DNA from: an uncultured virus (IMG/VR IMGVR_UViG_3300021167_000376)
Taxonomy: Duplodnaviria > Heunggongvirae > Uroviricota > Caudoviricetes
Length of the DNA: 64,000 nt
IMG/VR virus record: IMGVR_UViG_3300021167_000376
Strand: one strand, 5' to 3'
The notes below the pieces were generated by a model. It was not told the DNA's origin and ran no database searches. It saw nothing but the letters and a program-made list of their open reading frames with translations. Made by a program: the position numbers and the translations under genes. Numbering within the stretch: the first letter of the stretch is position 1; each line of letters opens with the position of its first letter. Shown one piece after another: positions 55,763 to 64,000 of this stretch.

Positions 55763-56526
55763 TGAATCTTATCCCATTCGAATTTCGCGGCACCGCGATC
55801 CGCGTCATCACCGATGAGCACGGAGATCCGTGGTTTGTTGGCAAGGACGTGTGTGACCTGCTCGCTTACGCCAATTCCAGTGATGCGATGGGTCGCCATT
55901 GCAAGGGGGTCGTGAAACGCTACCCCCTTCAAACCCCAGGCGGTATGCAGGATTTGCGCGTCCTTTCCGAAGGCGACACATTGCGTTTGATCGTCAATAG
56001 CGCGATGCCTGCTGCTCAGGATTTCGAATCCTGGGTGTTCGATGAGGTTTTGCCAACCATCCGCAAGACAGGTAGCTACCAGCGCCCTATGACACCTGGC
56101 GAGCAGTTGCTGGCCCAGGCTCAAGCGGTGATCAACGTCGAGCGTCAACAGGCCGAGCAGCAAGTGGCGCTGGAGCGTATCGAGCGCCGCGTCGAGGACT
56201 TGAGCCAGACGACGGTGTGGGATCACTGCCCGCAGAACTGCCAGTCGCTGACCCGCATCAAGGAAACCATGCTGGCGCGCCACGGCCTGTCCGGCGCTGT
56301 CGTCGACTACGTGCTGAAGGTCTGGCCAAACCAGCCCAATCCCGCCGGCATGGTCCGCAACGGCCACGAGGAGGCGCTTGGCTCGCAGTACCTCGTCTGG
56401 TCCAAGAGCCACGTCACGGCTGCTTTCCACCGGTTTGTTTCTGAATCCACGATGGTCACCGCCACCCAGGCGACCCACCCATATTTTGAGGGCCGGTTTC
56501 GTCTGGTCCAGAAGGCCCAGTCATGA
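55762..56526 (+). CDS. BRO-N domain antirepressor-like protein
   Basis: PWFVGKDVC..L.Y.N...FESWVFDEVLPTIRKTGSY. Confidence 0.85.
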   Translation: MNLIPFEFRGTAIRVITDEHGDPWFVGKDVCDLLAYANSSDAMGRHCKGVVKRYPLQTPGGMQDLRVLSEGDTLRLIVNSAMPAAQDFESWVFDEVLPTIRKTGSYQRPMTPGEQLLAQAQAVINVERQQAEQQVALERIERRVEDLSQTTVWDHCPQNCQSLTRIKETMLARHGLSGAVVDYVLKVWPNQPNPAGMVRNGHEEALGSQYLVWSKSHVTAAFHRFVSESTMVTATQATHPYFEGRFRLVQKAQS

Positions 56527-57116
56527 GCAAGGTATTGAATTTTCCGCCGCAGGTACTGCCCGTTGAGCATATCGACGAGGCCCTCTTCGAAAAAAACAAT
56601 GACGCAGCCCTGTTGCTTAAGTGTTTCGAGGTCGTGAAGGACGTGCTGGACGTGATCGCCGAGCCTGAGTACTCCATTGAAGACGGCGATGACACGCACA
56701 TTGACCTCTACCGCGCCTTCTATGCGCTCAAGGTCCTTTTCCGGCGCCGCACCGGGCACGATGCCGCGCAAGTTTCCAAGGATCACTTTGAGGCTATGGG
56801 CCGTCACTTGCTGGCTGGCGAGCCGCGCCCTGAAAACAAAATCCCCGTCGTCGTGTACCCGGCCGAGTGCCTGCCGGACGAAGCGTTCGACGGCCTGACC
56901 GACCAGCAGTTGGCTTGCGCAGCGTTCAACTACAGCGATCGCGTTCGCATCCTGATCATGGATCACACGCCGCATGCTTTGGCGTTGGACGAGGCACGCA
57001 CTTTCTCCATTGATTCCACCACCGCACTCCGCCTGCTGGTGTTACGTCTGTCTGGTGGCTCAGTGGGAGCCATGGGTGCCGGGATTGGCCGTAAGCCAGG
57101 GGAGACTCTGCAATGA
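56523..57116 (+). CDS. Hypothetical phage protein
   Basis: Coupled 197-aa ORF. Confidence 0.6.
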   Translation: MSKVLNFPPQVLPVEHIDEALFEKNNDAALLLKCFEVVKDVLDVIAEPEYSIEDGDDTHIDLYRAFYALKVLFRRRTGHDAAQVSKDHFEAMGRHLLAGEPRPENKIPVVVYPAECLPDEAFDGLTDQQLACAAFNYSDRVRILIMDHTPHALALDEARTFSIDSTTALRLLVLRLSGGSVGAMGAGIGRKPGETLQ

Positions 57117-57340
57117 CCATCATCAACCCTCATGCCCCCCCCCAGGAGGCCGTCAGCGCCCCGGTAATCGTCGGCCCCTGGCCAACCTACGACCACTTCA
57201 GGTATCTGCCGGAGCGCGAGCGCTGGGTGATGTACAGCGGCGCCAAGGCCCATCGCGAGATGCTGGAACAGGCGGGCTTCGTCATGTCTGAGGCTTACGA
57301 CGACTTCGTGCGCCGGGTAACGCGGGAGTTAAACGTATGA
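57113..57340 (+). CDS. Hypothetical phage protein
   Basis: Coupled 75-aa ORF. Confidence 0.6.
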   Translation: MTIINPHAPPQEAVSAPVIVGPWPTYDHFRYLPERERWVMYSGAKAHREMLEQAGFVMSEAYDDFVRRVTRELNV

Positions 57341-57759
57341 GCGACTGGGGATTCGTCTACATCCTTGGCAATCAAGCCATGCCCGGCATCTACAAGGTCG
57401 GCACTACCAAATTTTCACCACATCGTCGGGCTGAGGAGCTTTCTCGCGGCACCGGGGTTCCTCACGAGTACGAGGTTTTCTACTACGCCGAACTTGCTAA
57501 TGCTGCAGCTTGGGAAAAAGCGGTTCACCTACAGCTTGCCGATCGTCGCGTCTCTGAGCAGCGCGAGTTCTTCAAGGGGCCGCTCATCGACATCATCAAG
57601 GCTGTTGAGGGTGACGGTGAGCATTGCTCGGATTGGGATTCGGACGAGGCAAAAGAGGCTCGCTGGCCTGGTCGAATGTCGCAGCGAAACCCTTTGTGGT
57701 TCGAGTGCCACCTGCATTCACCTGGCTACCTCGAACGCCTGCGGAGGGATCACGCATGA
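57337..57759 (+). CDS. T5orf172/GIY-YIG family protein
   Basis: GFVYIL.N.AMPGIYKVG.T...R..EL...REFF. Confidence 0.8.
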   Translation: MSDWGFVYILGNQAMPGIYKVGTTKFSPHRRAEELSRGTGVPHEYEVFYYAELANAAAWEKAVHLQLADRRVSEQREFFKGPLIDIIKAVEGDGEHCSDWDSDEAKEARWPGRMSQRNPLWFECHLHSPGYLERLRRDHA

Positions 57760-58547
57760 GTATCCAGTCTATGGTGTGGGCCCTTGAGCAGCAGGAGATC
57801 AAAGACTCCACCTGCCGCCACGTCCTGCTGTGCCTTGCCAACTACGCAGGTAGCGATGGGCGCGGTGCTTTCCCTTCCGCATTGACTCTGGCAGTCGACA
57901 CGGGTCTTTCAGAACGCACTGTACGTTACAAGCTGGACGCCCTTGAGTCTGCTGGTCTGATTCGCCGTGGTAACCAGTCGATCGCGGCCGCTTACATCGA
58001 CCGCCACGACCGTCGCCCAGTGGTGTACGACCTGATCGAAAAACGGGGTGCAGCAGATGCACCCCGCTCAGAACGGGCTGCAGATGAAGACGCAACGGGG
58101 TGCAGCTCAGAACAGAACGGGGTGCAAATGAAGACAGAACGGGGTGCAGCAGCTGCACCCAATACTTCATCTATCCGTCATCTATCCGTTAATAAACCAA
58201 AAGAAGGCGCAGACAAGTCTGCTGGCCCACGAGGGAAGTCGGGCAAGTTCGATCCGTTGACTGCCAAGCCGGCAAACGCATCGGAACAAGCCTGGGCTGA
58301 CTTCTGTGAAATGCGGAAGGCCAAGCGCGCACCACTGACCCTGCGTGCTTGCGAACTGATCGCCAAGAAGCTGGCCAACCATCTAGAGCCCGACGCGGTC
58401 CTGGATAAGTCCACCACCAGCAGTTGGTCGGACATCTACCCAGAATCGGTGCTGCCTGGTGCTGGCGCCAAGAACGGCAATCACCAGAGCGCTGTCCTCA
58501 GCGTGCCAACCCACACCCAGGAGATGTACCCCCATGACCGTTTCTAA
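57756..58547 (+). CDS. Replication initiator (lambda O analogue, HTH)
   Basis: VLLCLANYA...FPSALTLA.DTGLSERTVR..L..LE..GLI; internal iterons. Confidence 0.85.
   Translation: MSIQSMVWALEQQEIKDSTCRHVLLCLANYAGSDGRGAFPSALTLAVDTGLSERTVRYKLDALESAGLIRRGNQSIAAAYIDRHDRRPVVYDLIEKRGAADAPRSERAADEDATGCSSEQNGVQMKTERGAAAAPNTSSIRHLSVNKPKEGADKSAGPRGKSGKFDPLTAKPANASEQAWADFCEMRKAKRAPLTLRACELIAKKLANHLEPDAVLDKSTTSSWSDIYPESVLPGAGAKNGNHQSAVLSVPTHTQEMYPHDRF
58042..58160 (+). repeat. Origin iterons inside the initiator gene
   Basis: AACGGGGTGCA at 58042, 58094, 58116, 58138 (variant at 58072), 22-bp period, plus inverted TGCACCC copies. Confidence 0.8.
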
Positions 58548-59355
58548 ATTCATCCTGGCGCCGGAATTGGCTGAAACCCGTGAAAGGTCGTGCGGCACTC
58601 CAGGGCACAACGCGTTCAAGCAGTCCCTGGTAGAGCAATTCGACGGATCTTGGAGCCTCAACACCTGCCCGGCCTGCCGCTGGCAAGCGCTGTACAACAC
58701 GCCGAAGGGTAGCGATGACCATTTGCAGGCTGTTACTCAGGTTGCAGCTGAACACCTCAACAGCGCGCTCATAGCAACCGGCATCACGCCACGCTTTCGC
58801 AAGTGCAGCCTGAGCAGCTATGTCACTGGCGACGACAAGGCCAAGCAGCGTGCTCTGAGTATCTGCCGCAAGTATGCCGAGGGCTTCGAGGATCACCTGG
58901 CCGCTGGCCGCGCCTTGATGCTGATGGGCGAGATCGGTACCGGCAAGACGCACCTGGCCTGCGCAATTCTGCAGTGCATTGTCCGAAACCAAGGATTTTC
59001 CGGCTTGATCGTCACCGCCGAGTCGATCACCCAGGCCGTGACCGACAGCTTCCGCAACAACTCGGGGCCGTCCAAGACGGACCTGGTCAACGAATTGGCC
59101 TCTGTCGACTTGCTGGTGATCGACGAGGTAGGCGTGCATTCCGTTCGGCCGGGTAAGGACTTCACGCCCAGCCTGCTGCATGAGGTGATCGACCGCCGCT
59201 ACCAGCTGGTCAAGCCGACCATCCTGGTGAGCAATCAGAAGCCCGACGATCTGCACAGCTTCATCGGCCCGCGCGCCGCCGACCGACTGCGTGAGAACGG
59301 CGGTCTGTTGGCGCCGTTCACCTGGAAGTCGGCACGTTCGGGAGGTTCCGCATGA
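58534..59355 (+). CDS. DnaC/IstB-like helicase loader ATPase
   Basis: GEIGTGKTHLA, LLVIDEVG, IDRRY...TILVSN, DRL. Confidence 0.88.
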   Translation: MTVSKFILAPELAETRERSCGTPGHNAFKQSLVEQFDGSWSLNTCPACRWQALYNTPKGSDDHLQAVTQVAAEHLNSALIATGITPRFRKCSLSSYVTGDDKAKQRALSICRKYAEGFEDHLAAGRALMLMGEIGTGKTHLACAILQCIVRNQGFSGLIVTAESITQAVTDSFRNNSGPSKTDLVNELASVDLLVIDEVGVHSVRPGKDFTPSLLHEVIDRRYQLVKPTILVSNQKPDDLHSFIGPRAADRLRENGGLLAPFTWKSARSGGSA

Positions 59356-60788
59356 TGGGTTTTCCGGATGTCGCCGATTCCCCAGAGCCGTACCAGGATG
59401 TTCCAGACTCGTCGCTCTACAGCCATGAGGCGGAATACGCTCTTATTGGCAGCATGATTCAGCACCCCGATCTGATCGATGATGCCGGTGGAAAACTTTC
59501 TGTTGGGGATTTCCACCACCCGGCCTGCGCAGAGTTGTTCGAGGTTGTCTCAGGGCTCCGCTCCAGGGGGCGCGCGGTGGACGTTGTAACGATTTGCGAA
59601 GCTCGCCCACAACTGGCTGACGGTCAGAGCTCGCTGGCGGTCGCGGGACTGCTTGTGCAGAACACCCCCAGCGCGGCGAACTTTGATGAATACGGGAGGA
59701 TCGTCAAGCAGCGCTCTGTCGCCCGTCGGGTTATCGCTGCTGCGAGAATCATGAGTCAGCGCCTGGTCGACGGCGAACCGCTTGACGAGGTGATGAGCCA
59801 GGGCCAGCAGGCTTGGGTGTCGCTTGAGGCGGAAGGGCTCGACTCGCGCCGCCGGTACCGGTTCATCAAGGACATCCTGCCCGAGGCGATAGATGGCGTT
59901 GATCGCCGGTTCAATCGGACGGCAAGCCTTGGATTTGATACGGGCCTGCCGTCGTTGGACGAATTCATCCCAGGCATCTGTCCTGGTCACGTCGTGGTGG
60001 TGGCGGGAACGCCCGGCAGCGGCAAGACCACGTTGGGCCTTGGCATTGCCGAGCGTGTCGCCCTGGTCAAGAACGAGCCGGCGCTGGTGTTCTCGCTGGA
60101 AATGACGGACGTGGAACTGACCAACCGCTCGCTGTCCTCGGTCGGTAGCGTCCAGCTCAAGCACATCAGCGAAGGTCACTCGATGACCGACGCGGACTGG
60201 CCTGGCCTTACCTCGGCGGTGAACAAGCTGATGGATGCCCCGCTGATCATGTGCGACGACTCATCATTGACCCTGCGTGACATTCGGCAGATCTGCCGGA
60301 CGGTGAAGCGCGAGCACGGCCTTGCATTCGTCGCCCTGGATTACATCGGACTGGTCAACGGCGAAAACAAGTCGTCGAGCCGATACGAAACGGTCACCGA
60401 GATCAGCAAAGGATTGAAGCGACTGGCAAAAGAGCTGGCGGTGCCCATCGTGGTGCTTGCCCAGCTCAATCGAGGTCCAAGCAGCCGCCCCAACAAGCGC
60501 CCGACCAAAAGCGATCTGCGCGACTCAGGGCAGATCGAGGCTGACGCCGATGTGGTGATCCTGGTTCACCGCGACGGTGAGTCCGACGCAGGCAAAGCCG
60601 GGGTTACCGAGTTAATCGTAGACAAGAACCGCCACGGCCCGACCGGCTCATGCCGCGTTCAGCACCAGGGTGCGTACCACCGATTTGTCGAGCTGATCGG
60701 CAACCCATATCCGTCAGAAGAAGAGGTCGAGATGGGCCGCCCGCTCGCCAGTCGCTTCAAGGGGAGGAAAAACGATGAGAAGTTTTAA
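59352..60788 (+). CDS. dnaB: DnaB-like replicative helicase
   Basis: GTPGSGKT, FSLEM, LDYI.L, LAQLNR, DLRDSGQIEADAD, KNRHG. Confidence 0.92.
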   Translation: MMGFPDVADSPEPYQDVPDSSLYSHEAEYALIGSMIQHPDLIDDAGGKLSVGDFHHPACAELFEVVSGLRSRGRAVDVVTICEARPQLADGQSSLAVAGLLVQNTPSAANFDEYGRIVKQRSVARRVIAAARIMSQRLVDGEPLDEVMSQGQQAWVSLEAEGLDSRRRYRFIKDILPEAIDGVDRRFNRTASLGFDTGLPSLDEFIPGICPGHVVVVAGTPGSGKTTLGLGIAERVALVKNEPALVFSLEMTDVELTNRSLSSVGSVQLKHISEGHSMTDADWPGLTSAVNKLMDAPLIMCDDSSLTLRDIRQICRTVKREHGLAFVALDYIGLVNGENKSSSRYETVTEISKGLKRLAKELAVPIVVLAQLNRGPSSRPNKRPTKSDLRDSGQIEADADVVILVHRDGESDAGKAGVTELIVDKNRHGPTGSCRVQHQGAYHRFVELIGNPYPSEEEVEMGRPLASRFKGRKNDEKF

Positions 60789-61365
60789 GCTGTTTGATCG
60801 CCTGCTGGGGCGTAGCGCCGCTCCCGCACCTTTCGTTGCCGGTGAAGCATTGGGCGCCATGCAGGCCGCCATGGAGGCCGGCAAGTCTTGCATCCTTCCG
60901 AAAGGGGCTGTGATCGTTCCGGAGCCCAAGCATCCCGAAGCAGAGCGTATCGCCGCCTCAATCCGGGATTTTCCCGAAGACTGGGGTTGGACGATGAAGG
61001 GCTACAAGATGATCCACACGCCAAGCGGCTTTGTCCTGTGGGTGGCAAATCAGGACTACGGCCTGGCTGAGGTCTACAGCAACGGAGGGAAGGGCGACTT
61101 CTCCAAGCCTGAGCAAGAGATCATCTGGCCGGCGGTCGAGGGCTGGCTGGCGCGGCACAAGATCGGGTTCACCGGTCGCCTGCCGAAAGCAAGGATAACC
61201 GGGCGCAGTGGCACCTTCTGGTGTTTTGCCAAGGAGCATCCGTGGGCAGGTGTTGGCGATTCGCCGGAGGAGGCGTATCGGGCCTGGCGTCACGCCATCT
61301 CGGCCCAGGCCCGCAACGATATGAAGCCGGGCGAATACCTGCAAGTGCGGGGTGCAACGCTATGA
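60775..61365 (+). CDS. Hypothetical phage protein
   Basis: GGAGG RBS; 196 aa. Confidence 0.65.
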   Translation: MRSFKLFDRLLGRSAAPAPFVAGEALGAMQAAMEAGKSCILPKGAVIVPEPKHPEAERIAASIRDFPEDWGWTMKGYKMIHTPSGFVLWVANQDYGLAEVYSNGGKGDFSKPEQEIIWPAVEGWLARHKIGFTGRLPKARITGRSGTFWCFAKEHPWAGVGDSPEEAYRAWRHAISAQARNDMKPGEYLQVRGATL

Positions 61366-61533
61366 GCGGCGGAAAATCGTTAGACAGAATCGCCCAAGGC
61401 CCGGATGCAGAGCAGACAGGCGCTAGATTCCAATATTCACGCTTTTCGCTACAGACCACGGATTGCAGGGCCTACACCTTGCATCCACAAATTGTGATTG
61501 TGGAGGTTTGTAAAAGCCTCGGGAGTACCGCAA

Positions 61534-61833
61534 ATGAGTAACGTGACGGCGGCATTGCCGCGCAAAAGCCTGCAAGAACACGAGCGCAAGTTCTTGAAGA
61601 TCGCCGGGGAGGGGCTGGTCCAGGAGAAGGTTGGCGGCGCCGCAGCCATGGCCTGCCTCTTGGATATGGTCGCCAGTTGGCACGCTACCCGGGTCAATAT
61701 CGAATTCGGGGAGTACTGCAAGCGCTGGGTGGCAGAGGGGAACGCCAAGAGCAAATCGGCCGACAAGCTGTTGCGCAACCTGCTTGGCCTGGACGACAAC
61801 CCACCACCACGCCGCATTCGGAGGGCCGCATGA
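61534..61833 (+). CDS. Hypothetical phage protein
   Basis: MSNVTAALPRKSL...; GGAG RBS; coupled to the Q-like gene. Confidence 0.65.
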   Translation: MSNVTAALPRKSLQEHERKFLKIAGEGLVQEKVGGAAAMACLLDMVASWHATRVNIEFGEYCKRWVAEGNAKSKSADKLLRNLLGLDDNPPPRRIRRAA

Positions 61834-62375
61834 CTGTCTATCGCGATGCTGCACACTGCATCAGTCGGGTGATGTCTATCGAGATCCACGACGGCACGAA
61901 AAAGGCCTCATGGCAGCGCAAGTACAAAGCCACCTTTGATGATGAGTTGCCCGGAGGGTCGGTAAGCGATGATCTATCCCCGGAGGAGCGGCTGACTCAG
62001 GATTCAATGACCCGGGCGACCATCAAGCGGGCGCTACCGGAGATTCAGTGGCAGGCGCTGGTGGGCAAGTACTCGATCAACCAGAACGAGGTGAGGATCG
62101 CCGCCGCGTATCTCACCCCTAGGGTTGTCAGCCCCGCCCACCAACTTTTCAAGACCAAGTGCGTTATGGCCTGGATGGTTCCGGAGATGCGGAACGGGCT
62201 ACCGGGGTCGTTCTATGTGCTGCACAGTTGGGATGCTGAGGGTACGCCGGAAAGGACGCTGCGCCGCTGGCGCTCGATCACCAAGCGCTGGCTGGATGAC
62301 CAAGTGAGTGCGGCGCACATAGCTGTAGAGGTGCTGCTCGAGGAGCGCGGTCTTCTGCTTCAGCAGGTTGCTTGA
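61830..62375 (+). CDS. Putative late antiterminator (Q analogue)
   Basis: Last early gene before pR'/tR'; C-terminal WD..GTPERTLRRWR HTH-like motif; assignment mostly positional. Confidence 0.6.
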   Translation: MTVYRDAAHCISRVMSIEIHDGTKKASWQRKYKATFDDELPGGSVSDDLSPEERLTQDSMTRATIKRALPEIQWQALVGKYSINQNEVRIAAAYLTPRVVSPAHQLFKTKCVMAWMVPEMRNGLPGSFYVLHSWDAEGTPERTLRRWRSITKRWLDDQVSAAHIAVEVLLEERGLLLQQVA

Positions 62376-62400
62376 CAGTGACCGAGTGACCGCGTAGATT
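62372..62400 (+). promoter_or_regulatory. Late promoter pR' with a tandem repeat in the spacer
   Basis: TTGACA-17-TAGATT; AGTGACCG x2 at 62377-62392. Confidence 0.8.
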
Positions 62401-62445
62401 TCGAACCTGCGGTTTGGTGCATCACAGGATGACGCCCAAACAGAG

Positions 62446-62475
62446 AAAGCCCGGCCATTGAGTCGGGCTTTTTTT
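62446..62475 (+). terminator. tR'-like intrinsic terminator
   Basis: AAAGCCCGGC-CATTGA-GTCGGGC-TTTTTTT. Confidence 0.85.
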
Positions 62476-62502
62476 ATGCCAAAAATTTAGTGCGTGAAGC
62501 CA

Positions 62503-62675
62503 CAGCCAGGGTGGGCCTTCGGGCGGGCCTGGACGCGGTATAGCCGGTAGTCACGCGTCACGAAAGAACACCGGCAGCCCGCGCGCTCTGTTCATACCTG
62601 ACTTCCAGAGTGGCGCGAGACCAGATCAGCGAGATCGATGCACTTGGGTGTCGACGCCGTGATGGTCTTTGGCTG
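62503..62675 (+). ncRNA. Putative multi-stem pseudoknotted RNA
   Basis: Closing stem CAGCCA/TGGCTG, cUUCGg tetraloop, crossing helices GACGCG/CGCGTC and GCCGGT/ACCGGC, two further long stems. Confidence 0.55.
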
Positions 62676-62698
62676 GCAGCGTGGGAAGACACGCAATT

Positions 62699-62768
62699 GC
62701 GGGTAGCGCAGGTCGCTAGACAGCCTTCCAAGCTTTCGATCAGGGTTCGATTCCCTGTATCCGCTCCA
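62699..62768 (+). tRNA. tRNA-Gly(UCC)-like, 70 nt, aberrant D-arm
   Basis: Acceptor GCGGGTA/TATCCGC + T-CCA; anticodon loop CTTCCAA; T-arm CAGGG-TTCGATT-CCCTG. Confidence 0.7.
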
Positions 62769-62772
62769 AATC

Positions 62773-62848
62773 TGGCCCGAAGCATTGACGGTTGATGCGC
62801 CCGGCTCACAACCGGGGGAAGAGGGTTCAAGCCCCTACGGGCCGACCA
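62773..62848 (+). tRNA. tRNA with CAC anticodon (Val, or Met/Ile2-derived), 76 nt
   Basis: Acceptor TGGCCCG/CGGGCCG + A-CCA; D-stem GCAT/ATGC; CCCGG-CTCACAA-CCGGG; T-loop TTCAAGC. Confidence 0.7.
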
Positions 62849-63110
62849 GGCACGGGGCCTCAAGCCTCTGCGGTGTAGATCTGAGAACTTTCAGGGAGCC
62901 AAAACAACTTGAGCAACTGAGGGGGAGTGCCTCGGTGCCTTTTCAGGGCCTCGATATTGATCGGGGCCTTCTTGTTTTCGGCCCCGCCACACCCTTCGCT
63001 CTGAGCTGGGAGTGCCGCCGGGGCTGATCTATTCGCCGCTGCTCCCCAGCGTTTGGCCGCCACCTGACGGCCTTTTTTATTCCTCTACTCCCAGAAGGGA
63101 GGACTTCGGA

Positions 63111-63434
63111 TTGAAAATCATGCCCGAAAAAGACCCCTCCTTCTGGGCGATGGTTTTGAATGCCCTGCGTGACAACGGGCTGGCCATGGTCCTGACATTC
63201 CTCCTGATCTGGTTGCGAATTCAGTACGACGGCAAAGAGACCAAGCCTGTCCGCCAAATTATTGAGTCTGTCCTTGGGGCCTTAATCGTGATGGTGGTAG
63301 GCCTGACGGTGCAGAAGTTCGGGTTGAGCAGCGGGTGGTCTTTCTTCGCTGCCGGCTTCGTCGGCATTCTCGGAGTTGATCAGGTTCGACAACTCGGCAA
63401 GCGCTGGTCTGAGCGCAAGGCGGATGAGCTATGA
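63111..63434 (+). CDS. Holin, lambda S family, with a possible dual start (63111 TTG / 63120 ATG)
   Basis: (M)KIMPEKDPSFW..., about 3 TM segments; GGAGG 8 nt before the TTG. Confidence 0.85.
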   Translation: MKIMPEKDPSFWAMVLNALRDNGLAMVLTFLLIWLRIQYDGKETKPVRQIIESVLGALIVMVVGLTVQKFGLSSGWSFFAAGFVGILGVDQVRQLGKRWSERKADEL

Positions 63435-63646
63435 AGCTTATAGACGGGGCGGGTGGCTGGCATCGGCTTTGGTCTGTTCGGCTGGCCCTGGCCGGCTCGG
63501 TACTGAATGCCGGGGCGATTGGTTGGACAGTATTCCAGGGTACGGTCAACCCGCTGATTTACGCGGCCATCAACATGGCACTGGGTATCGGTGTCGCCGT
63601 CGTCCGGGTTCTGTCCCAGTCGCAGCCCGACGGGGGGCAAGAATGA
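63431..63646 (+). CDS. Small two-TM protein
   Basis: WHRLWSVRL...VRVLSQ; coupled to the holin. Confidence 0.7.
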   Translation: MKLIDGAGGWHRLWSVRLALAGSVLNAGAIGWTVFQGTVNPLIYAAINMALGIGVAVVRVLSQSQPDGGQE

Positions 63647-63936
63647 AAGCTCCTAATTTCCTGAAATCAATCGTCGCATGGATTGCGAAACTCTTCGTAG
63701 AGGCTCCAGTCATGTCCGAATTGCCAGTTGAAGTACGGGCCGCCATTGCGTCGTCGGCTCCGGTCGTTGTGGTTCCTGAGGCTGCAGCACCTGTTGCCCA
63801 GGTAAGCGAGCCTGCACCCGTCGCCGCCCCAGCGCCCGACCTGATCGCCAAGCTCGAAACCATCCTCTCCGCCCTCGGCCATGAGCTCCCTATATTCTGG
63901 GGTGAGGCTGTGGCTCTGGCGAAGAAAGCGCTTTAA
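63643..63936 (+). CDS. Hypothetical Ala/Pro-rich protein
   Basis: MKAPNFLKS...EAVALAKKAL; ATGA coupling. Confidence 0.6.
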   Translation: MKAPNFLKSIVAWIAKLFVEAPVMSELPVEVRAAIASSAPVVVVPEAAAPVAQVSEPAPVAAPAPDLIAKLETILSALGHELPIFWGEAVALAKKAL

Positions 63937-64000
63937 TCAGAGGCTGTCTGTCGAGGTGGTATATGGCTGGAGCGTTTGATATTTCGATCCGGGCCAATGT

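Larger units (their letters stand above)
45696..64000. mobile_element. Lambdoid prophage (left part; continues beyond the window)
   Basis: Gene order int-xis, leftward early genes, cI/cro, replication genes, Q-like gene, pR', tRNAs, holin. Confidence 0.92.

Noticed and set aside
58042..58160. Novel repeat system in the initiator gene
   Set aside because: Explained by ordinary lambdoid ori iterons.
62503..62675. Hammerhead or HDV-like ribozyme assignment for the late-operon RNA
   Set aside because: No CUGANGA core, and I could not fit the HDV nested double-pseudoknot by eye; left unclassified.

Overview
Pseudomonas-like DNA made almost entirely of mobile elements stacked at the 3' end of a tRNA-Thr(UGU) gene. 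Fragments of that 3' end lie at 492-513, 8875-8919 and 45696-45744; the intact tRNA should lie to the right of the window, on the minus strand. Left to right: (1) a relBE toxin-antitoxin pair; (2) an ~8.4 kb island with AT-rich defence-type cargo (GIY-YIG-like nuclease, Septu-like ABC ATPase + HNH, TIGR04141/DUF6119-like protein), an internal tyrosine recombinase, and a 1.35 kb structured non-coding leader with clustered DnaA boxes; (3) an apparently complete ~36.8 kb P2/phiCTX-like prophage (int-xis, C5 methylase, primase-helicase, ogr, switch, tail, lysis, head, adenine methylase, LexA-boxed SRAP operon, cos, iteron array); (4) the first 18 kb of a lambdoid prophage (related int-xis, early genes, cI/cro, initiator-DnaC-DnaB, Q-like gene, pR', two atypical tRNAs, holin). 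The most interesting signals are non-coding: a DUF3800-type nuclease followed by a structured RNA in the rex position behind cI; four covarying hairpin + 21-bp start-associated repeats in the P2-like early operon; a pseudoknotted ~175-nt RNA before the phage tRNAs; and a three-way-junction RNA before the adenine methylase. All family assignments are by motif recognition and synteny; no database searches or folding programs were run.
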